DNA of 64,000 nt from Selaginella moellendorffii (taxonomy: Eukaryota > Plantae > Lycopodiophyta): NCBI RefSeq assembly GCF_000143415.4, contig NW_003314275.1, forward strand, positions 2,089,419 to 2,153,418, written 5' to 3'. Positions within the stretch are counted from its first letter, which is position 1. Each line of letters starts with the position of its first letter. Made by a program: the position numbers and the translations under genes. Below the pieces are notes generated by a model that did no database searches, was not told the origin of the DNA, and saw nothing but the letters and a program-made list of their open reading frames with translations. Shown piece by piece: positions 36,597 through 50,079 of this stretch.

Positions 36597-39579
36597 CTAC
36601 CTGTGACCCTGTCCCGGTATCGTGAAAGAACTAGTGTCGCCATAGTTGGATTCCTCGTGATGCATCCACAAGCCGGCTCTCATCTCCTCCTCACACTTTA
36701 AGATCTGCTGTACATACTCGAGCGCCCCCGACACTGCCTGCTGCTCCTGCGCGTTTAGCTGCAGCGTGTAAACTCTCCTCCCATCCAGGAACCTCTTGTA
36801 CTTGTGAACCACGTACATGTAGGCCTGCTGGACCTGGCTCGAGTGCGACGATCCAACCGGGCTGTAGTCCGAGAACCACTCGCAGGTGGTGAGAGGGATC
36901 CCTTTGGTCACCTTCTCCTCAAACCTGTCGTACTTGTTGAGGAGCAGCACCAGCGGGGTGTCTTGGAAGCACGGGTAGCCCACGATCTTGAAGAAGAGGT
37001 CCCGGCTGAAGATGAGCTTGTTGTGCAACGCTCCCGTTAAATCTGTCCACTGCTGGTCGTAATCGCTGACGGCTACGCAGTAGACCAAAATCTTTACGTC
37101 CTCGAACATGTCGAGCCATTTCCTAAACTCGTTTGTAGCTAAGCCCCCGATGCTAATCAGCTGGTACCTGTGAACCAGAAGAAAAAAAAAAAGAAGACCA
37201 AGTAAGAATCCAAGAAGTCTCGAGTCTAAGCGTGTGGACCTGCGACGGTTAGATTCGTGGTCGTTGCTATCGGACAAGTCTTTGTCCTCGAGAGAAAATT
37301 GTACCTCTGCAAGACCGGTTCCTTGCTCAAGTCCCTCGGCAGATAAGATATCCGTGACCGATGGGACGTAATCCTGTATTTGTAACACCTGAAGCAGTCA
37401 AGACACACTTTGTAAGACGAAGGCAAAATGCACAGGGCACTTACTCTATTCAAAATATCGGCAGTCACTTCAGGAAGCTGTAGTTCATCCTTTCGACTGT
37501 ATGTTTGTTGTATCGCAGGGTCGTTCCAAATCTTAGAAAGATTAGAGCGCGTGTTTTTTGAGATGCTCCGTTCCAGATGACCCGCAGTCATGCTCGTCAT
37601 GAACCTGTCAGCCGCATCCTTGAGCTGGTCATTCAAGGTATAAAGGTCTCCTGCAGAGGAAGTCAGTCAGATATGACGTTATGAAAGACTATGTGTCAAA
37701 CCTGACTCTTCTTCGAATCTTTCTCGTGCTTCAAGCAGAACATTGAGAAACTGGTATGCCTTTCCCAGCATCATTTCCTTGTACTTTTGCAACTCCTCCG
37801 GCGAAAATTGCCCATTGTGAAGAATTTTCGTCTGATATTGCACTAGCGTCAGTAACACTTTTTGTGTAAAAAAGAAGGGAACATACCTGCTTGAAGATGG
37901 TACTCCTGCCCGACCCATCGTGCCCCAGTAGAAGAATTTTTGATGCGTCTTTAACTTCAATAGAAGTTGGAGAAACTTTTCTAGAGGCCGCCACTGCATC
38001 CGTCTTCACTAGTTGGTTGCTTGACCGTGGAGTTGGGAAAGAAAAAAATGGGTACAAAAGCCTCATCATGGGCTGCAAAGCGCACGAGATAGAGTTAGTG
38101 ATCTTTAAAGCATAACAAACATTATGTTTCTCACTTTGTTCCACAGGTTACCCTTGATCTCCTTCTGACCTTCGTCTCCATATCTACCATCAGGATACAA
38201 AACAAGGTACGTTTGAGGAGTGCATTGAACGCCAAGAGCCTGTTCAGAAAAGATAAAAGTAAATCAAGTTCTGGACTCTACAAACTGTACTCACGTACTT
38301 TGAGCATTTTAAACTCCGATTTCGTGATCTCCCGACAGTTTAGGAACACTTGCGTCGTTCCATTGCTGGCATTTTGCTGCAGAGGTCCTCCTACTTTCAA
38401 CTCAGGGGTGATAAACATGTGTGGTTTTTCTCCTTCCTGAAACAACAAATCAGTCCCAAAACATAAAGACGACTTCGAAACACATACCCTGCCCCAGAGT
38501 CCCGAGGCCTTGTCATACCAGTATTTCCCGGGCTTCAGTCGCAAACATTCTTGTTGTAACAAAATCAGCTCTTCAAAAATCAGCCTTCTTCCGTTCACAA
38601 TCACTTGCTCTGGCTGCAGCTGGTTTGAAAAGCACTCCCTTTCCGACTTCATGCACTGTTGGATCTCCAAGGGACCCAGCAGCCTCTTCAACAGTCTCGA
38701 AGGCTTTCCCAAAAACGGACGGCGATCCTCCAAAACGGGGCGTCCAACACATTCTTCACACTTCCTCCCTTCTGGCATGGATCCCATCACTACCAGCACG
38801 CAGTTGGAGCAAAACTTCGAGCCGCAAGCCAAACACACCTCCTTCTCCGTCAGCCTGTTACCTCTCAGACAGCGGTAGCACTGTCCCCGTTTCCTGTGAA
38901 TGTTTCCGCCTTTCCCAGACGGAGAGGGATCCAATCCATACCGCCGACTATCAAAGTTTCCACTGGGATCTTCCGACTCTCCCGGGGAGAACTCTTCCGA
39001 ATACTGCAGCGCCGAAGAGTCCGTGACAATGCCCTCCGACGATGGTGTTCTCCCGAAAAGCTGTGGTGAAGGCGACGTAGCCAGCTCCTCAATCTCCGAC
39101 GGACAGGACTTTCGAGTGGCGGCGGCAGCACTGCTGGCAGCATCCCGCTCGACAGTAGCAGCGGCAACAGCCATCGCCGAGGATGACTCCGAGAACGAGG
39201 AGCCCGACGTCGATCGAAAGAACTGGCGAGCAGCGGGGACCGAAGAAGCAGCAACGCTCCCAGAGCCTCTCCACAGCTGAGCCACCGGAAGAATGGTGGC
39301 GAGTTTTGGAGGCGTGGTCTTGTTAGTCCCCCAAGAAGGAGCCATGGGAGCCTTTGGGAGTGGAAACTCTACCGGAGGCCCGTTGTAAGGGGTGGCGAAC
39401 GAATACTCGATGTTGTCCAAGTCTATGGCTGCTCCTGGAGGAAACAAACCTCTGAGAAGATCGTGCTTGGCCGACCCATTGCCATTGGGCAACGCCGAGG
39501 AGGCCATGGTGAAGCTCTCCTCCTCCAAAGCCTCGGCCTTTTGGCGCTGGCTAGTCGTAGAAGAATTCTTTCTCGTCAT
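36597..39579 (-). CDS. XLG: Extra-large G protein
   Basis: EYSFA..YNGPP; Cys-rich CYRC..CLACGSKFCSNC..MGSMPEGRKC; YWYDKASGLWG; Galpha domain KILLLG..GSGRSTIFKQ, KWLDMFEDV, LLLNKYD. Confidence 0.92.
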
Positions 39580-40282
39580 GGAAATCCCCTACACAAAGCA
39601 AGCAATGATCAAGCACAAGAAGAGAGAGCGAAAGAACGAATAAAAACAAACGAGGTAGACGAAGAAAAAATTCCACTGACCAAGTCTCTTGCTCGGCCGA
39701 TCTCGCATTTCGCTCGATTCCAGCGATTCCCGCTAGCTCCGAAACGATCCTCCTCCCGCGCGCTACATCCTCCGCGGATTGCTAAACCCTAAGCCGCGCA
39801 TCGCTGCTCTGTCTGCCCCAGAGATTCGCGAGGAGCTCACCTTGCTCGCGCAGCTGGGGCGACGATCGAGGGAGCTCACGGGGGGCGATCGACAGACACC
39901 AGCTGTGACGACGCGGGCGCTCAAAATCTCCGCGCTAATGTTCTTCGACCTATTCCTACCACACACCGCCGTACACGGAATTTGGCCAGGGCCTTCCGTA
40001 CGCACACGTCAGCAGAATGCGTCAGCCAGTTTTGTGTGTGTGTGTGTGAGGTATTCCATATTCGCTGGACTACTCGTGCGCGGTAAGAAAAAAAAATCCA
40101 TCTCTTCTCTTTTTCGCCAGTTCCAATGACGCAATGTGCTTGATCACGAATTTTTATGATGTCTCTAGTAGAAAAATCGTGATTTTCACTTGGAGGACTT
40201 TTACCGTTGTGACGAATCGTAAAAGCTCTGTTCCAATCCAAGCCGTGAGAAAAGAAACGATGCTTACCTCCAAGCTCCAAAA

Positions 40283-42823
40283 TCACCAAAAGTCTCCGCA
40301 AGAACACACTCCATCCCTGAAAACATGGAATCGACTCGCGTCTCGGCAAACCACGACTCGCTGCTCGATCCGGGAGATGATCGAGGTGGCTCTGTGGCAG
40401 TCGTCGCAAGCGCGGAGATTCTTGGCGATGTGTATGCTCGTCCCCGGCTTCGTGTTCACCAAAGCACACCCAATGGCCAGCTTCTCGCTATGGCCGCACA
40501 GAGCATTCTCTTTCTCCTCGTCTGCGATGTCAAACAGAACACCGTCCCAGTCAGGCACGTATCCGGCTTGTTTCAAGCTTACCATCACTTCCTTGAGCTT
40601 GGCGAGTATCTGGGAGCTCTGGGGATGGCTCGTGTCCCCGGCGCAAAACCTGTGAACCCTTCCGGATTCGTCAATCCACCAGCTTTGTCCCGGCTTCTTG
40701 AATGCCCGAGCTTTGTTCCTCATCGTCCGGATGCTCAAGCTCTCCTCAAACATCCCGGCGGCGGCGTAGATGGTGGCCATCACCGAGTACGCTGCAGCAT
40801 CCCTCTCGTCAGCTCTTACAATGGAATCGAAAGCAAGCCTACCGGTTTCCACGTTTCTCCATTTCCTGCTCGCCGCCAAGATGGCTCTCCAGATCGTTAA
40901 GTTGGGCTGGAAAGGCATGGTTTTGATCATCGCCATCGCCTCGTCGAGATAGTTTCCTCGGGCTAGAGTGTCTACCAGGCAGCTGTAGTGTTCGATCGTC
41001 GCAGCAATCCCGTGATCCGAGATCATTGTATCGAAAACCTCCTTGCCTTTCTCGACTAGCCCGGCGTGGCTGCAAGCTGTGAGAATGCAGAGAAACGTGA
41101 TCCTGTTTGGCTGGAGACGTTCTTCTTGCATCCTCTGGAAGAGATAGATTGCCTGCTTCGCATGTCCATGGTGACTATATCCTGCGATCAGCGAGTTCCA
41201 TGTTACAAGTCCCCTCGTCGTCAAAGAATCAAATACCTCTTGAGCTTCTTGCATATCCGCGCACTTGCCGTAGAAACTAATCAAAGAGCTCGCCACGGCC
41301 TCGTCGTGCTCCAGTCCAGCACTCCGGATGTGAGAGTGGATTGACTTCCCAGTCTGCAAGTCTGCCAAAGATCCGCAGGCTTTGAGCGCAGAAACAAAAG
41401 TTTGAGAAACGGGCACGATACCTTCGTCGCGCATTCGAGCGTAGAATCGCAAAGCCACCTCCGCTTCACCGGACTGGGAGTAGCCCCGGATCATGGCGTT
41501 CCACAGCAGAAGATCGCGAGGCCGGGTCCTCTCAAAAACCTCTCGTGCCTCGGCCATGCTTCCACACTTGGAGTACATATCCACGAGAGTGCTCGCAACC
41601 AAGCTGTGTGCTTCGTGTCCCTGCTTCACGAGCTGGAAGTGCAAACCCGCGGCTTTCTCCAAGCACACCTTCTTGTCGAGTTGGTCTCTCGAGAGATCTT
41701 CCCTGGTGGCGATGCTTATACAGGCCTCGAGAGCACCGACGTAAGTTAGAGCGTTTGGCACGCATCCTTCCTCTTGCATGCGTGAGAAGAGCTCGAGAGC
41801 CAAGTCTCCCTCTCCACTTTGAGCGTGTCCCATGATCAAAGCAGTCCAGGAGACAACGTCGTGGCGAGGCATCCGGTCGAAGATCCAGCGCGCCTCTATT
41901 ATGCTCCCACACTTGACATACATATCCACGAGAGCGCTCTCGAGATATATATCCCAAGTCTCTCCAGCGTTCTTGAGCTGGGAGTGTACCGCATTTCCTT
42001 TCTCCAACGCCGAGACCTTGACAAGCTTCCCCTCGATCTTAGTCCCCTCTTCTCGAATCGCCAGTGCCGTGCAAGCAGCAAGCGCGGCGGTGAAAGTTCT
42101 CACGTTTGGAACGAAGCCTCTGTCTTGCATGTGGGAGAAGAGCTCGAGAGCCGTCTCGCCATCGCCACTGTCGACGTATCCCAGGATCAAAGAGTTCCAC
42201 AAAACCACGTCGTGATGGACCATGGCATCAAACACCACCTTTGCGCTCTCCATGTCCCCACACTTGGAGTACATATCCACAAGGCTGCTCGCGACGAAGA
42301 GGTTTGATCCAAGACCGCTGCTCGCAGCCTGGGAGTGAAGAGCCTTTCCCCGATCTAAGCAATCCATAGCTCCTTCCACCGCGAGAGCGGCACAAGCCTT
42401 CAAGGCCGCGACGTAAGTAGCGGCATTTGGCTTGAATCCCCGGCACTTCATCACGGAGAAGAGATCCAGTGCGACCTCTCCCTGGCCGCGCTGTGCATAC
42501 CCTTTGATGATCGCGTTCCATGACACGACGCTGTGCTGCCGGATGCTGTCAAAGGCGCGCCTCGCCTCGACCATGCTCCCGCATTTGGCGTACATGTCGA
42601 CGATGGTATTGGCGACGAAGATATTGGCCCCATCCCCGATGTGGCCGTGGATCCTCGCCCCGGCCTGCAAATCCCGCAGGCTGATGCACGCCTTGAGCGC
42701 CGCGAGCTGTGCCGCAACGCTGGGCGCCACCGAATCCTCCCGCATTCGATCGAACGCCCTGATCGCCTCCCTGGCCTCCTTGGCGCCCACCGCTCGCATT
42801 GTCCATAAGAACCCTAAAACCAA
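40283..42823 (-). CDS. PLS-E-DYW pentatricopeptide RNA-editing factor (ends DFW)
   Basis: PPR repeats, KKPGQSW PG box, HSEKLA and CDDCH deaminase motifs, terminal CSCGDFW. First ATG at 42799. Confidence 0.93.
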   Translation of the reverse strand: MVLGFLWTMRAVGAKEAREAIRAFDRMREDSVAPSVAAQLAALKACISLRDLQAGARIHGHIGDGANIFVANTIVDMYAKCGSMVEARRAFDSIRQHSVVSWNAIIKGYAQRGQGEVALDLFSVMKCRGFKPNAATYVAALKACAALAVEGAMDCLDRGKALHSQAASSGLGSNLFVASSLVDMYSKCGDMESAKVVFDAMVHHDVVLWNSLILGYVDSGDGETALELFSHMQDRGFVPNVRTFTAALAACTALAIREEGTKIEGKLVKVSALEKGNAVHSQLKNAGETWDIYLESALVDMYVKCGSIIEARWIFDRMPRHDVVSWTALIMGHAQSGEGDLALELFSRMQEEGCVPNALTYVGALEACISIATREDLSRDQLDKKVCLEKAAGLHFQLVKQGHEAHSLVASTLVDMYSKCGSMAEAREVFERTRPRDLLLWNAMIRGYSQSGEAEVALRFYARMRDEGIVPVSQTFVSALKACGSLADLQTGKSIHSHIRSAGLEHDEAVASSLISFYGKCADMQEAQEVFDSLTTRGLVTWNSLIAGYSHHGHAKQAIYLFQRMQEERLQPNRITFLCILTACSHAGLVEKGKEVFDTMISDHGIAATIEHYSCLVDTLARGNYLDEAMAMIKTMPFQPNLTIWRAILAASRKWRNVETGRLAFDSIVRADERDAAAYSVMATIYAAAGMFEESLSIRTMRNKARAFKKPGQSWWIDESGRVHRFCAGDTSHPQSSQILAKLKEVMVSLKQAGYVPDWDGVLFDIADEEKENALCGHSEKLAIGCALVNTKPGTSIHIAKNLRACDDCHRATSIISRIEQRVVVCRDASRFHVFRDGVCSCGDFW

Positions 42824-43299
42824 TAACCATCAGAATTAACTATGAGATCATCTATGCATCCAGCACAGGAGCAGTCTGCGAGATATAGAATATCTGAGAA
42901 ATCGAATCGATCAAAGATAGGAGATGCCCGAAGTCTTGAGGCGCTCCAGCACACATCCAAAAATTGCCAGAGTGAGATTCAAATTCCAGGGCTTTCCTCT
43001 TCTCTATGGTTTTGACAATAAAATTTGGAGGAGGAGGAAGTGGGATTGCTATAAAATCTTGAGGTTGTACTAGACCATTCATATAAAATAATACTTGGTT
43101 TGCCTACTTTAAAAGGCCTTCAAAAGAACACTTGGATAAAGAAAGACTTGACTTGACTTAGACTCCAGCGTGTCCAACCTTTAAGAACACAAGGCATCTT
43201 CTCTTCTGAAATGAAGAGTTTTTGTTCCCTTTGCAATATGTGCTCATGGACGAGGACGCTTCCAACCCTTGAATACACTTACTTAAGCAACGCTTCCAG

Positions 43300-43990
43300 C
43301 ACAACGTCCACGCTTTCGATCACCCCCAGTAGAGCACCTCCAATTTCATGGGCTTCAGTTCAGAAGCCTCCTCCTTCAAGTCATCCATCCCATCCAATCT
43401 AGCCAATGTAGAATATTTATTAAAGAAAGCCATGGAGAGCAATCGCCCGAGCACCAGCTCCTCCTCCTTCTCCGTTCCAATTTCTCTAACTTTCATTGTC
43501 AAAGCCACAGAGGACTTCAAAGTCCTCGAAGCCGACTGCTTCCTTGCTGGTGGGTTAAGTCTCATCCACTTCCTATATGTCTCATGCAGCTCTTCATCGG
43601 GATCCTCTTGCCACTACACCATCTTGTACGGCCGTGACTTCCCTTCCGATGGTTACTTGGCCAAAGATTTCGATTTCATGGTTTACACCCCAATGATCAC
43701 AAACCACATGAGTTTAGCATCCAGACCGAAGCATCAGTGCGACAACATTCTTAAGTTACTTCACTCCCCAGCTCTACATGCGACTCATCCGAATGAATCT
43801 GGAGGAAGTGTCTCACGAAGTCGCGGACGTTCTTGGCACAGAACTTTGCTACAGTTTCCAGGGTGCTCATTGTGCCAACAGACAATCATACAATCTGCTT
43901 GGCAATCGGCAATTCCACAACTGTTGTTTACAGTGTCAATGTTTTGGGAATGAAAGTGGAGTATGACTTGGAGGATCAAGGATTGGATTT
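43300..43990 (+). pseudogene. A1 aspartic protease remnant
   Basis: CHYTILYG...GYLAKD, LCYS.FQGA and ICLAIG...VNVLG..VEYDLE in shifting frames; catalytic DTG/DSG not seen. Confidence 0.55.
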
Positions 43991-44059
43991 GGAACGGGAT
44001 GTGATGCCTTCTGGCGTTATGGTTAATATAAAATACAAAAGGTGGAATTTCTTACCTTC

Positions 44060-44292
44060 TATGGCATTTTGCTTGAATCCCCGGCGTTTCATCGCGGAGA
44101 AGAGATCCAGTGCGACCTCTCCCTGGCCGCGCTGCATATACCCTTTGATGATCGCGTTCCACGACACGACGCCGGATGCTGTCAAGGGCACGTCTCGGCT
44201 GGCCGTGGATCCTCGCCCCGGCCTGCAAATCCCGCAGGCTGATGCACGCCTTACGCTGGGCGTTACCGATTCCTCCCGAATTCGATCAAACG
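44060..44292 (-). repeat. Deleted duplicate of the 5' part of the PPR-DYW gene
   Basis: Near-identical to parts of 42422-42757 (VVSWNAIIKGY.QRGQGEVALDLFS) with internal deletions. Confidence 0.85.
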
Positions 44293-45288
44293 CTAATCTT
44301 TGAGTTTAGGACATTTGTGGAGGCCGCCACGGTAGCCTGGTGGAGGCGCTCACCAAGTACCTCCACCAGCACGGCAGCCTCCTCTTGCAAATTACCCACG
44401 AGTCCCATTTGGAGGTGCCGCCTCCAAAGGAAAACGCCCGAGCCAGGATGTCCCCAAGGTCGGGCCGGACTTTGTCCGGTGGGCTGCTGGAGGCGTGGGA
44501 AATCTAGTCGAGCTCTTCCCATGAAAACAACCAAGCAAGAAGATTTAATATGGGCGCCATCCAGATCCAGCTCCATCTACGCCACAGCCAAAGAAACTCG
44601 TTAGAAGCACGCGCACACACAAGCAATCCTCCCGAGCCCAACCGCCAGAGGCCCCCGAGAAAACCCTAGCCACTCTCACATTTATATACTACTATCTTTG
44701 AGACTAAGAATATTATATTGAACTTTGAATATGCTCTTTGAATGTTAATCTTTGAAGGAGTTTTGGAAAGGTTGGCGTTTTCCTCCTCTGTGAATCAATC
44801 AATCAATCCAATCCAGCGAGCAATCAAAGCACTATTAGCTTTAGTTTGGCATCTTCTATAGAAACTCCAAGGGCAATACAGATTTTAAAAACAGGACTAG
44901 TAAGATTGCAGCAGCATTGTGGGAAAAATTTCCACAGAACACCACCACCTTTTTGAAGGTGGTGGAGCTTCTCAGACAGAAGCTGTAAACTCGATGTTCG
45001 TACATGATCCCAGGAATGTGGTCTTACTTGCTCAATCCAATTCAGACTTGTGAAACTGTAAGAAAAGAAAGAGGTAGCTTGCTTCTTTGATTTTACGAGA
45101 TTTATGGAGGCCGCCTGGTGGGAGTGCTCGCTGAGTACCTCCAGCAGGCGTGGCAGCCTCCCTGCAAATTACCCACGAGTCCCATTTGGAGGTGCCGCCT
45201 TCAAAGGAAAATGCCTGAGCCAGGATGTCGCCAGGTTGGGCTAATCTAGTCGAGCTCTTTGCCATCTTCTTCTTTTGCAGCAAGGAGG

Positions 45289-47718
45289 TGTTGGACCAGA
45301 ATCACCGTAATCAAAGGCATAGATGGAGGAGCATAAGTTGTATAAATGTCTTGGTGTAATGGGCCAAGCATGCAAGTATTTTTTCCATATGCAAGTATTT
45401 GTTCCAATTCTCCTTTTTTAAGGGTATGGTTAGCTGGGCGGTGGCATGATAATGAATGGATCAGTGGGTAGGGACAGTAAACAGTAGGCAAAGCAATAAT
45501 AACAGCATAGGTCAAATTAGATTGGATTAAATTGGATACAGAGAAGGGAGAAAACTTGAGTTCCAAGCTTCTTCTTTCACACAACAACATACTTGGGTTG
45601 GTTTTCTATTCTAGAAACCAAGCTTTCCTAGAAGAAGCTACTTAGAGGTTATGACTGGACGAGAACACATCCCCATAATTCTCTCTCCAGAGGATGTATC
45701 ATGCATGGCAGTGGAGTAGTGGCAAGCATACCAGAAGTCTGGAGAGTTCTTCACCTTGAGTATATTTTCCAACCAAACTCACTTGATTAACCTGCATGGT
45801 GTAGATCAGAAGGTTGCAAACATACATCAATATAGAAGTGTCAATGACATCTTTGAGGAAAAGAACACAGTAGGAGGGGACTTCAAATATGATAAATCTA
45901 TTGCTCTTGAAGTGATTCTCCAACAAATGCCCATGAACAACATTTAAATGGAACTTAGTGGAATAAGCTCATATCAAGTACAGCTCCTTGGACAAGTTGT
46001 TTTTCCCAAAAATAAGTTATATGCAATTCTTGGTTTCTATAAGTACATTGTGCTATACATTCCAAAGCTCGGAAAACATATTTTGTCCATTTCTAAATTG
46101 GTAGAGGATGGAGTACACAATTCTTTCATCGGTCAGCAGTAGATTTTATATACAATTATATATAGATTGCTCAAATCTCTATTTGCAAATACTATTTTAG
46201 TCATTAACAAAACAAAATTACAATTATAGCATTAGCATATGCGAGTTTTTGCAGGATAGAAAAGACATTCATGGTGTACCAAATCTTCCAAGATCAAGTA
46301 ACACATTTTTTAATGACTATTTACAAATGAAATGAAAAAAGCCATTTCTTATAAAAGCTACTACTTGAAGTACTTCACTTTTACAGTTGGTTCAAATTGA
46401 TATTTAAGGACCCAAGAATGACACAACAAATGGGAAGTGGATTCTAGGTACTTTTTATCTTCAGAACTAGACATTAGTTTGGATGTCCTCAATATCTCTC
46501 TAGTTAACATGGAAGTAGCATCACCACCTTTACTAGTCAGCCCTCCTCTTGAGAATCCACTGCCACCAATGGAAGATCCACTGGTAGTTCCCAAGGCAAT
46601 AACATGACCTCAATGGCAAGTTGTGATGCAAGTGGAATATATTGCTCAACTGGAGAACAACTCAAGGATCTTAGTTTCTCTTAAACATGACATAAACTTA
46701 AATATCAAGAAATTAGGGGAGGTACAAAGCACAATTAGTAGCTAAAGGTTATAAACAACAAGTACAATGAGATATTCTCATCTATAGTCAAGATGATTTA
46801 TATTCATTCTATCTTGGCAATTACTAATCACTTGGATTTAGACATAGAGCAAATGAACATTAAGAATGTGTCTCTCAATGGAGAGCTTGAACAACTTATT
46901 TATATGCAACAACCACCTAGTGTTGAGGTACACCATCTCCCCCTTAGAATGTGGTTTGTCTAGTTTCAAGAGTTTGTAGGATTGTAGAGTTAGAGTTGAT
47001 AAGAAAGAATATATATACTTATATTGATAAGCTTGGAGTAGCTTATACTTCATGTCATGAGAGACTTGTAAGCCTAGGCAAAAAAAAAAAAAAAAGTTTA
47101 CCTCAAAGTCAGTCATTTTATTCTGCAATAATTAAATCCTCAACAAAAACACATGTTACAATAAGAATAGATAAGACCAATATATACCATATTCTTGGTG
47201 AATATTTTAAATAGTATATAGAGCATTTTAGTTAGTGTTCTTTATTAGAACATGGTTGGTGCATTTATGTATATTGCCACAGCTGATATATTAACAGCAG
47301 TCGTTCAAGTTTGCCAATTCATGTAGAATCCAGGCAAGAGACATTAGTATGTAGTGGAATGTATATTCAATTATTTAGAAGGGACTTCTTCATTATTCAC
47401 TGAATACTAGATCACCAAATCAGCAATAGTATTATATGGAATGGTGGATGTAGATTTATTCAGAGACCTAAACGAGGCCATCTATAACAGGGTATGTTAA
47501 TAAGTATTTTAATGCTATTGTTTCTTAGTGTAGCCAGAAATAACCTATGAACAATCAAATCAAATCTCCGATTCTTCAATCTAATCTCCAGGATCAGATA
47601 GAGGGGGAGTGTTGGACCAAAATCACCGTAATCAAAGGCATAGATGGATGTATAAATGTCTTGGGGTTGTAATAAACCAAGTGTGCAAGTATTTTTTCCA
47701 TATCAAGTATTCATTCCA
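45289..47718 (+). mobile_element. Decayed Ty1/copia retrotransposon
   Basis: LTR start TGTTGGACCA.AATCACCGTAATCAAAGGC at 45289 and 47610, the latter preceded by PPT GAGGGGGAG. Internal LYIPKL...ILSISKL and QMNIKNVSLNGELEQLIYMQQP remnants. Confidence 0.8.
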
Positions 47719-48859
47719 GAGAGAGAACGCATCCGAGTAAGAAAGACCAAGTCCCACACTTCATAGCAAGCAAGCAAGTAAGAAGATCTAATCACTCACC
47801 ATGGGTGCCATCCAGATCCAGCTCCATCTATGCCACAGCCAAGAGAAATTGTTAGAGAGGAGCGCACACAAACCAGCAATCCTCCCGAGCTCAACCGCCA
47901 GAGGCCCCTGAGAAAACCAGCGCCGCCAGGGTCTCGCAGTTATATACCAATGGCACACTGTTACTGCTTTTGACCAGCTGAGCAGGCGCCTCAGATTGAC
48001 AGTTAACCCAGCACAGGGGCAGTATCACATGCCAATACAGAAGAGCTCGGGATCAGAGAATCAAATCCCTCGCAGCCAACAGTGACGGCAAGCTGGTATG
48101 TTGCACTGTTACCTCTGTGCATTTACAAAAATGTAGTTCTGCTAGTAATAAACTGAAGAATTTGTCTTCGAAAAAGTTTATTTCTCTGGAGCTATTCTAT
48201 AGTGCTTTTCTCATTGGCTTCTACATATTGTCATTTGTTTGATACTTTTCACTTCTTAATTACAATAGAAAAGAAAGAAAAACACAGAGCTGCATACCTT
48301 AACCCATGGGTCTCATGCTAGATCTGAGACAAGTACGTAAGACAATTGTCTAAATAACCCAAAGAAATCAGCTTATCCTTTTGATTTCCGTTTGTCGCAT
48401 TTTCAGCAAGTCCATTTGGTATGTTTTTGAAGGGTCTTTTTATTTCGTCGAGAGATGGAAACGAGCAGAGTGGACCGTAGTTTCAAAGTCCGTAGCGTCC
48501 TTGGCATTTCTTTCAGCTGAAGGTTTGTAGGTTGAAGAAACAGGCACGACATGAAGATAGCTAATAACTTTCCGGTGTTCCTTGGTCTTGGATTGGCCAT
48601 GGGCGCCATGACATGCACGGTCGCAGCTTGTTTTCACTTTCGTAGTGGTCCGACAGTGGTCTTGACGGCCAGCCGAGACGAGCAAGAGTGGATCCCTGAA
48701 GTCGATGCTTAGACACTTACGCAAAAGGGAGAGCTGTTCTGCAGACAAACACTGCTGTCCTGCCGGCCCAGCTGCATGGAAGCTTAGCATCAAAGCTTGT
48801 TTCGCTTTAACCGTTGCTTAAAATAAAATGTGAGAAAGTGGAGTCACGAACCTCTTACT

Positions 48860-49915
48860 TCAGAATAAGATCGAGCTGAGCAGCATGGCCGTCGTTGGGA
48901 CCATGAGATTGTCATCCAAAGACGACGTGATTGGCAGCGATTCCACAAGCGTTGCTGCTAGCGAGATGAATGTGACACGAGCTAGAGTATCGAGCGGATC
49001 CAAGGCATAAACGTGAAGTAATAGATCGACCTGAAACGATGGAAGAGTCACTCAAGGCCAAGCTTTTGTTTCGAAAAACACTTACACGAAAGAGAGCGCT
49101 GTTCCACAGACGAACATTGCTGTGCTTCCGGCCCAGCTTTTTTTCTCATTGTATGGAAGCTTTTAACGCCCGAACTTCCTGCCTATTATCTCAGCAATCC
49201 CCGTAGCGCGAGAGTCAGGCTAAGCAAGCTTTTGGATGGATTTACTTACCGTCACCGCCGCACATCACAGACAGAGCTATCATTCAACGGGGGAGTCACG
49301 CCAGAAACACACTGTGCTTACGAAGAGCACCGCTACATAGTATAAAGGACCTCGTAAAAGCTCTCTATAAAAACAGAAAAAGTAACGATGAGCAAGAATA
49401 TAAAAACTTCTGGTGTTGTTTAAATGATACTCCACTCACTTGGCATCGCCATCTCTGCTCATCGACTTCACCACCCCTTCGTTTGTTCTCAAACCGAGGC
49501 CGAGGATTAGAAGACGCACAGCGTTGGCCAGTGGAACTAGCGAACAAATGTAGCGGGACGCCGACGAAGAGCTGTAAACAAACATGGAAAACCGGTTTGA
49601 GACTCAAGAACGGAAAAACTTTGTTCGCTCGAGCGAGTAGAGAAAGAAAAGGATTTTCTTTCGTTGATACCTGAAGAGGGGCCACGAAGGCATGAAGAGT
49701 GGACCCGTTGTCATATGGACGAGCTTGCGAGAAAGCTTCTGCGCTGAAAGAAAGAGACAATTAGAACAAACAAATAGATGAGAAGAGAACCACGTCTTGT
49801 TCTTTACCTGGTCTAGGACATTGAATCTAGTGAGTAGCTCGAAGACCTGGTAAGCTCCAGCCACCACCGCTCCCATCACCCCGAAATCCTGCTGGAATTC
49901 TTGGACAGCGCTCAT
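48860..49915 (-). pseudogene. Phytol/farnesol kinase (VTE5/FOLK family) pseudogene
   Basis: LSRKLVHMTTG, LLRGPLYY, FWRDSP, MCGGDG, KLPYNEKKSWAGS, VESLPI..LDDNL. A stop (FGR*KL) and an apparent frameshift after SPV. Confidence 0.75.
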
Positions 49916-50079
49916 GGCGGCGCTGCTCGTAGTGCCCCATTCTTTGCGGAAAGAAACTCTCACGATCTCTTTCAGAACCGAGAAGAACCCTAAACCCCAC
50001 AAAATTGGGGAAATTTGGAGCTGTCTTCGGCTTCTTAGCGATTTGTCTTGCATTGATCGATCGATCCACCGATAGACTG

